Below are positions 39,105 through 53,100 of a DNA stretch of 64,000 nucleotides, one piece after another. Where the stretch lies: NCBI GenBank assembly GCA_964035545.1, contig OZ037768.1, forward strand, positions 20,505,700-20,569,699, written 5' to 3'. How positions within the stretch are numbered: position 1 is the first letter of the stretch; each line of letters begins with the position of its first letter. The notes below the pieces were generated by a model. The model did not search any database, was not told where the DNA came from, and was given only the letters and a program-made list of their open reading frames with translations. Made by a program: the position numbers and the translations under genes. The DNA comes from Bugula neritina (lineage: Eukaryota; Animalia; Bryozoa).

Positions 39105-42100
39105 TCATAAATCTCTCTGCATCCTGAACTCGCATTCTTCGTCTTGATCAACTGTCTCCCCATTTTTCAGCATTCTTTTCCATTTCATTCGGCGATTTTG
39201 AAACCATATTTTCACCTTTAAAACACAAATGCATTGAACTAAAATTGCAGTTGAAAATTACACACAGCCTGTAAATAATTATTCCTTGTTTAGTGATGTT
39301 AACAAACTTTAGAGTGAAGGAGATTAAGATGCTTGGAGTTGAACAAACTGAGTCTACCAACAAACAAACAAACAAATGAAGGTGAGGCCAAATGAATGGA
39401 TGAAACTTATTAAGAACTGATCTTTTTTGGTGAAAAAATTAACTTATATATTATTTTATATGAAGAACAAAAGTTTTTTTTCATTTTATGGTCTATTAAT
39501 TATACTTATACATAGAAATTATATAATTACATGGATATGCTTTTAAATTGTTATAAGGTTGTTTTTAAGCCGCCCAGTTTTTAAACTCACTGTCAAAAAA
39601 GAGTAAATTACCATGCAATCAGTTGATTTGGTGTAACAAATACCCAGAAAACAAGTTATTATACCAATGATATTCATTATATGAAATTTATTGGGCATAT
39701 TTGTATGGGTCTAATAGGTAACATGTGCCCTTGAATCTGTAGCTTGTATGGTTTTTAGAATGAATAAATGCATAGTTTCCTTTGGATATATTTTTAGGAG
39801 GCATACGAATAAACCTAGGAAATGAACAGTAGTTTTTATATAATTGCATTCATCCTTTAATCTCTTATTTGAAAGTCAGTGAGCTAGGGCACGCTATAGC
39901 AATATTATATGTTAAATGCTAAAATCCACCTTTGAATTCTACCTACAGATGTGAACGCCTTTTGAATCTACTAGTCGACCTGTTTATGTATCAAGTTATT
40001 TGCAAAAATATAGCAGATTATTTCTATTTCTGTAGGAAACAACCTGAATAACCGAGCCATTGAACCTTCACCAGCATTTCAGTGAACTGATAAATCTTAG
40101 CTGATTGGATGGTAAACAGAGAGAAGCTAAATGATTGGTTAGTAAATCAGTTCCATGATATTCATGCATTTACTCTTTGAACTTATAAAACTGCCGGTTT
40201 CATTACCGCTTTAACTGCCATATAATATAAACATAAATATAAATAGTGCTTCATTAATGAGGGAAGCCAGAAATAGATACTGAAAGCAACCTTACACGTT
40301 TTGTTTGACCTGTAAACACTCCAGATATTTGCAGATTAATACCATTATCATAACACAAAATTCCTAAATAATAACCATATAAATCAGAATTTCAGAAAAC
40401 CTGCTAACCTATTCCTACTATCACCTGGCTATTGTTTTGCTTACAGTTAACAGCTTTCCACATCACCGTAATTAGCAACTGACAACTAGCAACTGGCAAC
40501 TAGCAACTGCTCAGTGGCAACTAGCAAGTCACAAATAAATAAGTAATTTAAAATTTGTTGAATGAAAATAATTTATTTATAAATGTACATTTTATAAAGA
40601 TTTTTGTGGCTGGCAAATAAAAAATTCTAAGTAAAGCAAGTTGAAAAAATTGAGAAGATAATGCCTTTGAGGAATAAAAGTTGTACTTGAAATATTTTAA
40701 CTTATACTAATAATAATTCTGCTGAACTTAGTTCAAATGAATTTTTTTTCGAAACGTATCTAATACTGCACCATGAAATTCAATAACTTTCAGTTTTAAT
40801 ATATTCCTCAAAATTTATATATATGCTTTAAATGTTCCTTTTAAACACATACTTCTGCAAGCATCTCAAAGTAGAGCTAAAAATGATTTACAGTTTGAAT
40901 AAAATTTGGAGGGACTAAAAAACTTAAATCTGACAAAATACTATATTCATATAAATGAACTAGTTTGATGTGAAGCTTTCAATGTCATAATTTGTGAAGA
41001 AATATTTTAAACTTTGAACGTTATCTCTCAGGATTCTGTTCTCTTTACGGTAATTCACAAAGTAAACACAGTTGGTAAATTACTTTAACAACATTTTATA
41101 TGATAAATTAAGAATGAAGTTTTATCTGCGAGAGTAAACAAGTTAAACAAGTCCATAACTACCACAAGCCCTTTGAAGTTTTCAACTATCTTCTAATTTT
41201 TTGACAAATTGCTGTTTTAAGTAAACACGAAGAAAGGAAAGGTGATATGTAATTTGTTTACCCAACAGTAATGGAAATCACTTTGCTACTCTTAGTATTT
41301 TACACCCAAGTTTTGACCAATTAAAAGGCAACAATAATCTTATCTCGCAGAGCAAAGAACACACTCTTGCATTAAACATGGTGAAGATATTTGTTGAAAA
41401 TATATTGGCATAATTACAGCTAAATATTCCCCAGGTTTACTTTTATTTTATCTTCCTTAAATGAAAAAGAGTGCACTAATCATTGAAATTCTAATCACTC
41501 TAATATACGGTACTGCAGCTAAATGCACTCTACTTAAACAGCTCATTACTACTCCGCAGAATATTTGATATTATTATAAATTACACTTCTTATCAAATTC
41601 ATCAAGTATACAATGGGTCTATTTTAAGTTGTTTCTTATTTTGTAATTCTTAGCAACAGGAAAACCAAGTTAATTACTACAACGGTCCACCTCTCATAAT
41701 AATTTAACTTTCAAGGAAATCCAATTGATGTTTGAAATTTTATTTGAAGTTATCCCATTATAAGTGTAGAATTTCAATTCTTACCACTTTCATCTAATTC
41801 TAGCAAACAAGAATTTGTTATGCTATTATACTTTGTGTATATAGCACATGACCAATATTATACAAACTACACAAGAGGACTTTTTAGCACTGGGGTAGCT
41901 AGAAATCTAATAATCAAACAGTTTTAAACTTATAGCTGTCACTTAATTAAAACTATTTATATACTTTTGATTAAAAGAATTAATTAAATTTTAATTGAGT
42001 TTCTAATGTTTACAAGAGTGCCTCACCTGAGTTTCTGTCAGAAGCAAGGATGTAGCGACTTCAAACCTCTTGGGTCGTGAAAGATATTTATTCTGATTAA

Positions 42101-42293
42101 AATGTTTTTCCAACTCTAACAGCTGTTTACTTGTAAAAGCTGTTCTAGGCCTTCTGGATTTAGATCCACTTAAATTACCTTTCAAATAGAAGAGTTGATA
42201 TCATTATGTAAGCTTTTAAAACCAGTTTTAAACTTTTAAAAAATATATTGAGTATATTCAATATCAAGCCATTTAAACTAAAGATGAGAATGG

Positions 42294-42355
<62 letters not shown>

Positions 42356-44322
42356 TGTGTGTGTGTGTTATGTGTGTGTTATGTGTGTGTTTTGTGTGTG
42401 TATGAGTGTGCTGTAGAAAGGGGAGGGGGAATAGAGACAGGTATGTATAAGCACCCAAGTGCACAGGCACCAGAAAGCTGTCTAGGGAGCTCCCCAGCCT
42501 CTGGTGCTCGGGTGGCACCCCATAACACTTCTAAGAAGTGGAAAATTGTTAAAATAAATCTCGCTCACACCAGAAAATTAAAATAATAAATATTAAGAGT
42601 GAGCATAATATAATTATTAATAGATAAGTAGATGATGAATAAGACATTTCCAAGTAGGCTAACTGACTGGATGGCTGGCGGTTGAATTCAGATAACAAAT
42701 CTGAAATTACTAATGACCGCAATCAAGTGCACTGTATCTCATTCATCATCTACGACCATCAAGAATTCTCACTGAGCTGCGATACACACTTGATGAGCCA
42801 TACAAGGCATTTGTTTTTAATATAACTTAGGGGGATAATGGTGATGAGTCCATAAAGATATGTGTGAAATGAAGCAATGCCCTGTAATAGGACAGCAAAA
42901 AGTTATTTAAGAGTTTAAGGACTTTAACGTGTAGCAGTAGGGCACCTGCCCCACTACACCAAACTAGTAGCACTGCTATCCATGGAAGACAAAGGACACC
43001 CTAGGCAATGTGCTCTCTATATAACAGTTGACTAACAACTCAGATAGAGCTCCATTACCATTATTAAATTATTATCAGCAGTAATTTATACTTTTTATGT
43101 AGATAAATTAATGTTTCATCTTGAGTGTTAGTTGAGACATGTATTAATGGCTGGCATATGATATGGTGTTAGATTTCAATCTACAATTAGATTATGGCCT
43201 CTTACATATATGGATACTAAATTAATTTGTATTGACAGTAAGGAGCAGCTAAGTGGATGTATAATAGCTAAATGCTGCATATCATCACCAAATTGCTAAA
43301 TTAATATTCCTAATTAACAATATTGTAGGAAAACGATAGAACTATAATTATACTATTCAACAATATCCTAAGAGGTGATATTGCAATGGTAGCAAACATA
43401 TAATATTAGATTATTGTACTAAAATCAATAAAATTATTTTCACACATTGGCAATTTTAGAATATCTTTGAAGTATTCACACATGTTTGGACTGATATGAT
43501 AATCCATGTTACAGCTTTAACAATTTCTATTTATGGCGTTACTAACAGTGACATGGTATGTGAAACTCAGGGGCTACCATCATGGCTTTTAGCCAATCAG
43601 AAATCTTCTTTCATGATTTTTGACAATAAAATACTCTGTGTAATTGTTTTCTCAATTTAATTGATATTGTATTAAGCATTATGTCATCAGGACTGTACGA
43701 AAACTGTTATGTCATGTTTATATGGCACTGATATTTGAGTGGCTCTAAAGAAAAGGCATATAATATATATGTTGTGGTTACAAAAATACTCCTGTATGCT
43801 CTGTACATACAGCTGTTTAGTAAATACAATGAGCTGCAACTACATACCCCATTCAGAAGATGTTTCCATTTGACCTCTAAGCATGAAAGTTGACATTGGC
43901 AAATATGAACGAGAAATAGCATTTGCTGCCGCTGCCTGCGCTGCCAATGCGTAAGATTGAAGAAGTGCTCTTTGTTGAGCTGACGCTGAGCAGGTTTCAT
44001 TTGACGTCGAATCTGTTCGGTAAATTGGCTCCATGAAGGTAGACTGTGGCAGAGCTAAAATCCCAGCATTTAAAGGAAAATGGCCCATACTAAAATGGGC
44101 TAAACTGGTATCAGTGTTGGAGATTGCTGGAGCGGCTGTGGTGATGGCAGCCGTAGGTTTAACAGTCCTCTTAGATGAGTCATTGCTGCCACAACTGGCT
44201 AGCGATTTTTGATGATTTTCTAAGTCTAGTAAAGCGCTGATACTAAAACTGTCTTTCGGTGAGATAATAGCAGAGAGGTCTTTGTTAGAGGAGGTACAAG
44301 CAGAAGACATCCTTCCTACCAT
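39105..44322 (-). CDS. Mnx: Motor neuron and pancreas homeobox protein (Mnx/HB9/exex), 245 aa
   Basis: Exons 44322-43848 (Kozak accATGG; eh1 motif FSISALL; Ala-rich tract; Trp near the exon end), 42178-42027 and 39215-39105. Homeodomain [44 protein letters not shown]|[14 protein letters not shown] is nearly identical to MNX1, with the classic Q|VK intron. Confidence 0.95.
40473..40528. repeat. Short 7/14-bp tandem repeat (GCAACTA/GCAACTG)
   Basis: tagcaactgacaactagcaactggcaactagcaactg. Confidence 0.7.
42295..42410. repeat. (TG)n microsatellite in Mnx intron 1
   Basis: Directly visible. Confidence 0.95.
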
Positions 44323-45342
44323 GGTAGCTAAAGAGAAGTGTGAACATCGACAATTACACCAATCTCGCAATAATCATTTAATTACCGTAAAAAGTTTGGA
44401 GTAGCACTCAAGACTACTGATAATTGGCTATGTCAACAAACAAGACCGCTTGATAAGTGTTTGCAGTATTGCCTCCAGCTTTACACGCTGTTTCCCAACA
44501 TATCATCAAATTTAAATAGCAAGTACTGTATTATGATATAACCGCGTAAACCTAGCTTTTTATTAAAATAGTTAAAAAAACCAACGCCTATATGCTGAAA
44601 ATAATTTAACTTTCAAAAGCTTGCTGTCTGCTAGCATTGTTTTATTTTTAGATCAACTTGGGATTTACCCATGTGTAGACAGTACATCAGAAAAATATAT
44701 TTAATGTTAAGCTACAGCTGTATAAATGCATTTCGTCAAGTTAAAGCGTTTTTCAGTGATACCTTTTTGTGAATACTTTATTTTGTGATAGATTGGCATG
44801 TTGATTAGAACTTGCAGCTGGGTTTTAAGCCATCTACAGATACGAAAGTACAGAAAACTAACTATCTACAACAATTAAATTGCTGAAAAATATTTAAACT
44901 TGATTTTTAAAGCGTGTGAAGAAAGATCTGAAGCAGATCAGTAATCCGACACTGTCTGTTACTGCACAATTAATTTATCACAATAAAAGCATAATTACAG
45001 TAAAATATATCTATTTTTAATGCAATAATCCCGGGCTTAGACTTTTATTATAATACACCATATGATAACCCTGATGTTGCAAAGCGGGATTGTGGTTCAT
45101 AATTTCTCTCATTATATTTTACTAATTGTTACAGATTTTAATACTAAAAAATAGCCTTGCCAACAATGGAACATTTGTTTTAAAGTTGAATTTTTTGCTT
45201 ATGATTAACAAAAGTCTCAGGGACACTGGCCTGCTAATCTACTGCAACAATAAAATTATTTACAATATTCGATTCCAGGAATTATATTTACTTGTCAGAC
45301 AAAGACGTCTAGAGAAGTAAAACTAGCATTTTATTATAAAAA

Positions 45343-45559
45343 AAACTCACACAAGTTTATAATCGCTATACCTGTGAAAAACTCCTGATGGAAAGGGTTT
45401 TTGTTAAAGCGATCTAAGGGCTGATTTAAATGAGGCACAGGAGCAATTATGACTGGACGCTCTTCCTAACAACACCAATGGCCTTTATCCGGGCTCTAAC
45501 CCATGACCTTTTGTTTACTAGGCAAACGCTCTAACCCCTATAGACCACGGCTGCTCCCC
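45343..45559 (-). mobile_element. tRNA-derived SINE, family 1 (copy 2)
   Basis: Reverse complement GGGGAGCAGCCGTGGTCTATAGGGGTTAGAGCG...AAAGGCCATTGGTG...GGAAGAGCGTCCAGTCATAATTGCTCCTGTGCCTCA...AACAAAAACCCTTTCCATCAGG aligns to copy 1. Confidence 0.8.
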
Positions 45560-46516
45560 TTAGCAGACTCTAAAGTTACAACTGGTTTGTCTGATGAGAA
45601 TATTATCAACAAATTTACAGCCCATTTACATGGTGTGTAGAAATAAAACAAGAAGTTAAGCTATTACAAGGTTAACTACCAATTTGCAGGGACTTTAAAG
45701 AATTGAAGCACCTATAAAATCATAATTATCTGGGCACAAGTGGCTGTAGAGCAAGCTGCAATCTCATTAAGATTACCTGAAAGGTTTAATTCTTGATATC
45801 AGAACATTATCAGAGCCATTATAAGCTCTTTTGGAACTTCAGCATTTGAAAATGACAATCTCGCGTTTCAAATGCCATTGAAACTTGGTTGAGTAGTACA
45901 GTATAGGTTCTCCATGCAGGGGGAAACTTTTATACTTGTTATAGTTATAACTATGGTACATTCAATGTAGTTTAATGTATGATTATGATACACATGTTTA
46001 TATCACCATCACAAAAACGCGTTATATAGGTGAAAGTTTTATTTAGTAAGTGAAAATAAGTTATATAAGTAAAAGCAAGCTATATTGCCAGCTGCAACAT
46101 TGACAATATAGCAAGCAGCAAATAGAAATTTAAGTCAGCTCTATTTAACAAGATTTCTGCAAACAGCAAATATAAAGAAAATAAAGAACTAGAGTGGGAA
46201 CACTGCTAAGTACTAAGAGCTCCAAAGAAGATGGTGATGTTTCTCCCACTATATATGTCTGTAATATTTGCTCTATAAAACTGACCTTTTCTTATGCAAC
46301 CATAGAATTTCTTGTAAGTTATTTTGAATAACCTGCTTAATTATTATGCTTAATATAAAACTTGCCACAATATATTAATACCTTCGTGCAACTTGAGTTG
46401 TAGTTTTACAGTTTTACAGTAATACTGGCTTGCATCAATTGGCTTCATATAATATGCTTATTTTATAATAAAGTATTCTGTACATATTTTTATATGATTT
46501 AAGGGCATTCAAAGTT

Positions 46517-46623
46517 GTAAAATATTTCTCTCCACGGGATTCCAACCGCAGACCTCTGGGTTGCAAGCTAGTATGAGGTGCTCACCATTACACCACAGGG
46601 ACTACTGGGCAATCTTAACACTA
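46517..46623 (-). mobile_element. tRNA-like repeat, family 2 (copy B)
   Basis: Reverse complement TAGTGTTAAGATTGCCCAGTAGTCCCTGTGGTGTAATGGTGAG...CTTGCAACCCAGAGGTCTGCGGTTGGAATCCC matches copy A. Confidence 0.7.
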
Positions 46624-46803
46624 CAAAAGTATGTAGAACAGTGAAACCTGATACACCCACACATCTATAGACTATGTAATATTCATAAATCTGTCTAATA
46701 AAAAACTAACATGTAGCATTTATATAGCAAATAATACATGGAGTTGTGGTATTACAGTTGATTTTACTTATCAACTATTTTTGTTTTCATCACAGATTCT
46801 TAA

Positions 46804-46809
46804 TTTATT
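46804..46809 (-). terminator. Candidate polyadenylation signal of the protease gene
   Basis: AATAAA on the minus strand ~300 nt after the stop at 47106. Confidence 0.35.
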
Positions 46810-47105
46810 GCTTTGCACCAAATATTTGTTAAAGAGAAAAACAAGGTAATGTCAAAAAGTTGGTCTACTAAAGTAATAAATGTAAAAAAAAATTAAAATC
46901 CTGCATAGCTACATGTTTACATATTGCTACATAAACTAATAATAGAACAGTAGAACATGAAATCTACTACATGAAATAATAAAATCATACAACAAATAAT
47001 GGATTTAAAACCAGGTAATAATTGCATTACTCTGAAAATTCTGACATAACCAATGTAAAAACAAGCTTATTCTCTCTGTTACTGTTTCCTATTAAATGTC
47101 TGTCA

Positions 47106-50100
47106 TTAAAGAGTGGAGTTTCTCAAAATGTCAGAGAGCCAGCCCAAGTATCTATCTACTTTGGTGAATATTGCGGGGCGGTTTTCAACTGCACACAAGT
47201 GACCTGTAAAACTAGAAATTCCTTTCAAAGTGTATCTGCCTTGATTAGAACAGACCAGTCCCCCTCCACTGTCACCCTGTTGAAGTATGAAAGTCTATTA
47301 CATTAGGTATCTAAATACTAGAATAGGTAAGGGTGAAGGTGGAGGGAAAAATTAGGGTGCCCATAGAAGTTAAGGTAGGAATGGGGGTAGAGAGAGAGAT
47401 AGGGATGTGGGTAGATGTAAAGGTAAACATGAGGGTAGACGGAATGATGAGGATAGAAGTAATGGTAAGAATAAGGATAAAGAAAAATAGTGAAAACATG
47501 ACATCAACAGGCTATCGTATTAACAAGATAAATTTTCATTAATAAAACAATAATATGGGTTTATATTTTATAAAGATATATATTTCAGTTGTTAGCATAA
47601 ATCTGAAATCTATTGCATAAATAGCAGTAAAAGCTTATTAGTCTATTGTGTGTGTATATATAATATGTACTTTAAGCTAATAAGTGATATTACTCTGCCA
47701 GCCAATAAAACTAGTAAAATTATTAGCTTGGATAGATGTAAGAGCTACCAAAACAAACGCCTACACTTTTTCATCTCAAAGCTGCTTAAATTAAAACATA
47801 TATTAAAGAATTAAGTTTTAATACTCAAACAAAAAGACTTGATGAAAGGATTAAAGCTACACAGTGACTGGATACGAACTGAAAAAACAGTTTTGAAGTA
47901 TTTTATTATGGTTGTGTTACAACATGCAGATTTGAAAAAAACCCACATGAGGTGAAAATGGTGCCAACTATCATTGTTTAGCTCTGGACTTAAGATGCTT
48001 TCCCACACTTAAACAATACGTGGAGCGGAACAATCTCTATCTGTTTTAATAATGATTAATGTAGACTGTGTATAGATAAACTGAACCTTGCCCGGGTCCC
48101 AGCAAGTGCAAGACACCGAGCAAGCCGACAAAATTTTCCCAGAAAAAAACATGAAATCAAGTTTGTACAGTAAAACTTGGAAAAATTCAAATTTTTCTAT
48201 TTGAAGGAAACTCCGGTCAACACTTCTAGGATGAACTACTGGTATAATATTCGAAATAACAGCAATGGCATAGTTAACTTTTTTTAACACGATCCTTAAT
48301 GATTGGTTGAAGTCGGACCAGGAAATTTGAATTGGTCGGGTTGAGCAAAAATAGGAAGCGCAGTGATTTGATTGGGTAGAAAATATTCAGCTATAAAATA
48401 TTTTGGTAATACAATCGGAGTCCATCGAATGCTTAGATGCAACGCGTAATTGGGATTAAATTCTTTCAGTAACTAAAAACAGAAAACATATATATTCCTA
48501 ATTTGATATCAACTGATAGCTAAATATTACGATATAACTTCCACATCCAAATTGAAGGATTTTTATCAGCTAAATTTATTTTGATACATACTTTTACTAC
48601 CGATAGTCATGCATAAATAACATACTAAAAAACAATTTAGTGAGTTATTTATAGAAATGTGATTACCAAGCCAATTACAATTAATCACTGCTGGCAAACT
48701 GCAAGCAAATCAACATTCAACAGGAATTTTAAGGAACTCATTAAATAGTATTTAAATGAGCTTGCACTAATTTAATATTATTAATTGATGTGTAATTTTC
48801 TAGGTGTATATAATACTTGAATCACCAAACGTGATTGTTTACATGAGATGATTACATCATGTTAATGCTCGTAATATGATTAGGTGAGCGAATCCAATAC
48901 AATACTTTTTCTTGTTTTTAAGGTCATGAAAAATCTTTGTCTCCGCTGAGACCTCTGGCTTGCAAACAAGTGTGCTAACCACTGGGTAATCACAACACTA
49001 CATGTTAGAATCTATAATTAAAACATTATTTGAAAATCTTGGCCATGCTTTGACTTTTCATGCTAAACAAACTCACGATTGCTTTAACTTATCCAACGGT
49101 GGTGATCACCATTGCTCCAACCACTAGAAAATGGCTGCTAAGCAGCAGCATTATTAAATGGAAGAGGGGGGGGGGTTATTCAGGGGCTGGGCAAGTCCTC
49201 AGCTTAGTTTTTCTCACCTTAGCTTATGTTGGCAGTTAATTGTGAATTAAAAACTAGAACCAAAAGCTACAAGCTAACTGTTAGACTAACAAACAATAAA
49301 AACATGTTTTTTGTTGTTGTTTTATTTTTAGATTAAAACAAGTGGAACATATTCTTAACTAAAATAATGACAATAGAATGATCACTCTCTCATATATTGT
49401 CTTACTACTACAGGCTGATTTTGTCAAGTATTAAGGTGTTTAAACTTTCTATATAATGGTTAAATTATTAGTTCAAGTTAATACATTTCTCTTTATCCAA
49501 ATACTTTGTACAGTATGGAAGTACTTTAACAACCAGCACCTCCACAATATCTCAATAAACCAGTCTCTTGGCTCTTCTATTTTTGTTTTCAAATACAAGA
49601 CAAAACAGATAGCTTAAGGTTCACGTACCCAACACATGTCGTGTTTACCGTCCCCACCAGCACATATTTGTTTGTTGGAGATTCTAGGGCCCCAGGCTCT
49701 GGTGTCTGTGCATAGTTTGTGTGGCACCATAGGGAACCACAGTTGAAGCAACTCAGCAGGGTATAGTATGGGTTCTCCGGGATCTACACAAGGAAGAAGT
49801 GCTAATAAGATGTGACTGTCTGTCCCCTGCTCGACTTTTGTCACACAAACACAGCAGAATTGAGTCTATCACATGGTGAAATCTTCCAAAAATAGTAATA
49901 CAGGAAGAGAATCAATTAATTATCTCCTGTGCCAAGAGAGCTGCATGGGCTGACTAATGCAGCCAAACAGATGCCCACCTTGGCTTCTACCTCCAGACAA
50001 CCGTTGGCCAAGGAATCAAAATATGAATTTGCATCATCATTATAACAAATTCCAATTAATTAAATTTGGATACACAAAGGTTTCGTTCATTGACCTTCCG

Positions 50101-53100
50101 AGTAGCCATGTTTTGGCAACTCTACCTACAGGTGCTTGTCACAGGTAGTCAAGTGACAGGAAATGCACTCAATGTTTCAGTACCAACAGTATTACAGGCA
50201 CACTCTGCTACACTGTAGTGTCTGTATACGACTTTGTCCTACATAAACCCAGCAATCTGTTTATTAAGGTTGTTCATGATAAGTTTGTAAATTGCCTTCG
50301 AGAGTTACCATGTGGCAAATTTCTCAGTTTATTCCCATGTGACTAGCTAAGGCTAGCAGTGGAAAGAGGATATTGACACACTTAGCATTTTTATAAAAAA
50401 AAGAGAGTACATTTAAACATATCTACTAGCCTTTTTGCTCGAAGCATAAAAACTATGAAAGCTTTAGATTTCCCATAAAAAATAAATCCATTTTATCTAA
50501 CAGTGTAGCAGATGTGATGGTAGTTACCCACAATGCCTCACCTGACACTCTACCCCATCCTGCCAAGTAGCAATTACCATCCACTCGTTGTTCTACTTTG
50601 GTAGGCGTGCATATCAATTTGACATACGATGATATTTCCACAGGATCTGAGAGCTTTATCAACGCAATGTCATTTGATTTGTGGCTACAATAATAATGGT
50701 AAACAATCAGCAATATTATATGATGGTTGAAAAGAATATAAATGTAAAACTACAAAAATGTAGCAGGTAGCAATAACAGTATAGTGTAAAATTACAATAA
50801 TATAGTATAGCATAGTATAAAATATAGTAAAGTCCATAGTACAGCATAGCATAGTCTATAGTACAGTATATAGTATAGTATAGCATATGATAGCATAATA
50901 TAATATAGTAAATAGTAACATAGTATAGAGTTGTGGTAAGTATTGTACAAACATGGAATTCTCTAATTGGACTTTAGGATGATATTTTAATTAACTTTCA
51001 GTATTTATAAGCTTTTACCAGAAAAATAACTTTAATTGAATTTGCTTTTAATTCTAATAAATTAAAACTTTATTAAATGTATATTGTATATCATGCCATG
51101 ATGAGATTGTAGTTAACTTTCTGGTAAAAGTACCTTTACTGGCAGTAAAACTGACAGTAGAAGTTTATTGTACTGGACAGAAGGCATTACTATATTATAT
51201 ATAGAACACCCTGAAATCTACTATTCAATATTTTAACATGAATTTAAAACTTTCTATGGAATATATTTGCCAATTTCTCAGATTAGTTTGTCTACTTTCC
51301 AGCTTACATAATCAGAATAGTAAAATATTATATGAAACTTTGCAGCAGCCTTTTACATTGAAAATAATTCTTTATTAAAAATCAGTGCTATTACTTTGAT
51401 TGAACTACATTAAATTTTCTCAACTTTTTATAGATGAAGAAATTTTATAGCAACAATGCTCACGGGTGTCCTGTATACAGTTTTTTTTACAAAGAAATTA
51501 AAAAAACAACAAAACCACAAAAACAACAACTCGGGTGCTAAGCTTGGGATAATGACTTGACCATCACAAAATGTAGTAAGATTACATAATTTCACTAAAA
51601 GACAGTGCAAATGGAATACACTCCCAGCCACAACACTATAGTAAGCCTTTTGCTTCCAGCCAATGAGAAGAAAGAAGTCCACCACGTGAAACCCATCAGT
51701 GAAATAATCTGTGAGATTTCTCACCAACAACCAATCAAAATGACTTTTCCTTTAATCATAGCAGAAATTTACCGAATAAACAGTTCTTAAATGATATTAT
51801 TAGGTGTCCATTTGAGTTAAGTGGTCTAGAACTAATATTATTGTTCCTTGTAGTAAGTGGATAAGACTAGATAATATGGGATGAGGTTTGAATAGTCCTT
51901 GAGACTGGTGGCACTGTTACAGATTACAGAATAGTAGCTGATGATTTCCCTGCATGCGGAGAATTAGGAGATTAAATAAACTTCTTTGTTGTACAACAAA
52001 TAATGTCTACCCTTAGGGCCATGCATTTAAAGAGCAAAAAACTAAATTATGAAAACATCCAGTTTTAATTAAAATAATTTAGTTTATTAGAGTTGCATCA
52101 TAAAGTGGATCATAAAATTAAACAAACTCTTCTACTTAAACACTATCTTTTTACATTTTGCAACATTTATTAATCAAATAATTATTATAAAATATTATGA
52201 ATTGAGACAAGTATTAAAATTTTCTCATTCACACTGTTGAGCAATATATTTAATAGAGAATTATTATGGTGTGAAAAGGTTATAATATTTTGTGTTTGCT
52301 ACAAGTGGCAATCTTAATTGTTTCCTTCAGAGACAGTATACCACACAGCAAGTATGCTGTTCAAACATAAGAGTTTAACAAGTTAGCTTAAATAATTTAT
52401 TTCAAAAACTTTTTTAAAAAGTCTTTAAAGCTGACTTTGATTATACAGTCAATTTATTCATTTTGTTGCTTTAACCAAACTCAGAAAGCATAAGGCATTA
52501 CCGCAAAAGCATATATAAAAAACATTACAGCTTATTGTCAACTAAAGCTAATGTGGGAGTGTACAAATTATGAGCTATGTGTTGATACTCATACACGCAA
52601 ATCAATTAAAAATGCTAATTTTCTTTTGTCTACTAGATGGCAGTCTGCAAAACAAAGTATAATTTGGTAGACAAAACATTTGTTTACTAAATTTGACATT
52701 GATTCTGTAATTGAGCCATTGGTGGGCCGAACAGGTGTTTGAACTTTAAAGTTGACATGCAGTAGAAAAGGGCTTTAAGTACTAAAAACTTGATGAAATC
52801 ATTTCTTTTAATTTAGCAATATTGAACTAAGACTTGCATGAATAGCTTTAGCTGAAAGCTACAAGCTGCACTAGCAAACAAGTGTTGAAAAATATACAAC
52901 TACCAATTACAACGTTGCAAAAGCTAAAAAAATGCCCCTCAAAACTATCTGTTTCAGCTAAAAGTCTAGATACAGTATTTATGAAAGCATAATTACCAAA
53001 TTACGTGGCATGTTTCTTATACTCAGCCAAAATTAGAATCCTGCCAAGCAATACTTAGCTGGAATCTGAAAGCTCTAAACTGATTGGATACTCAAATACT

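Noticed and set aside
42248-42586. Cys/Val-rich and His/Thr-rich ORFs
   Set aside because: Translations of (TG)n in Mnx intron 1.
47990-48460. CpG-richer segment resembling a DNA transposon fragment, with ORF 48009-48290
   Set aside because: No TIR pair or transposase motif identified.
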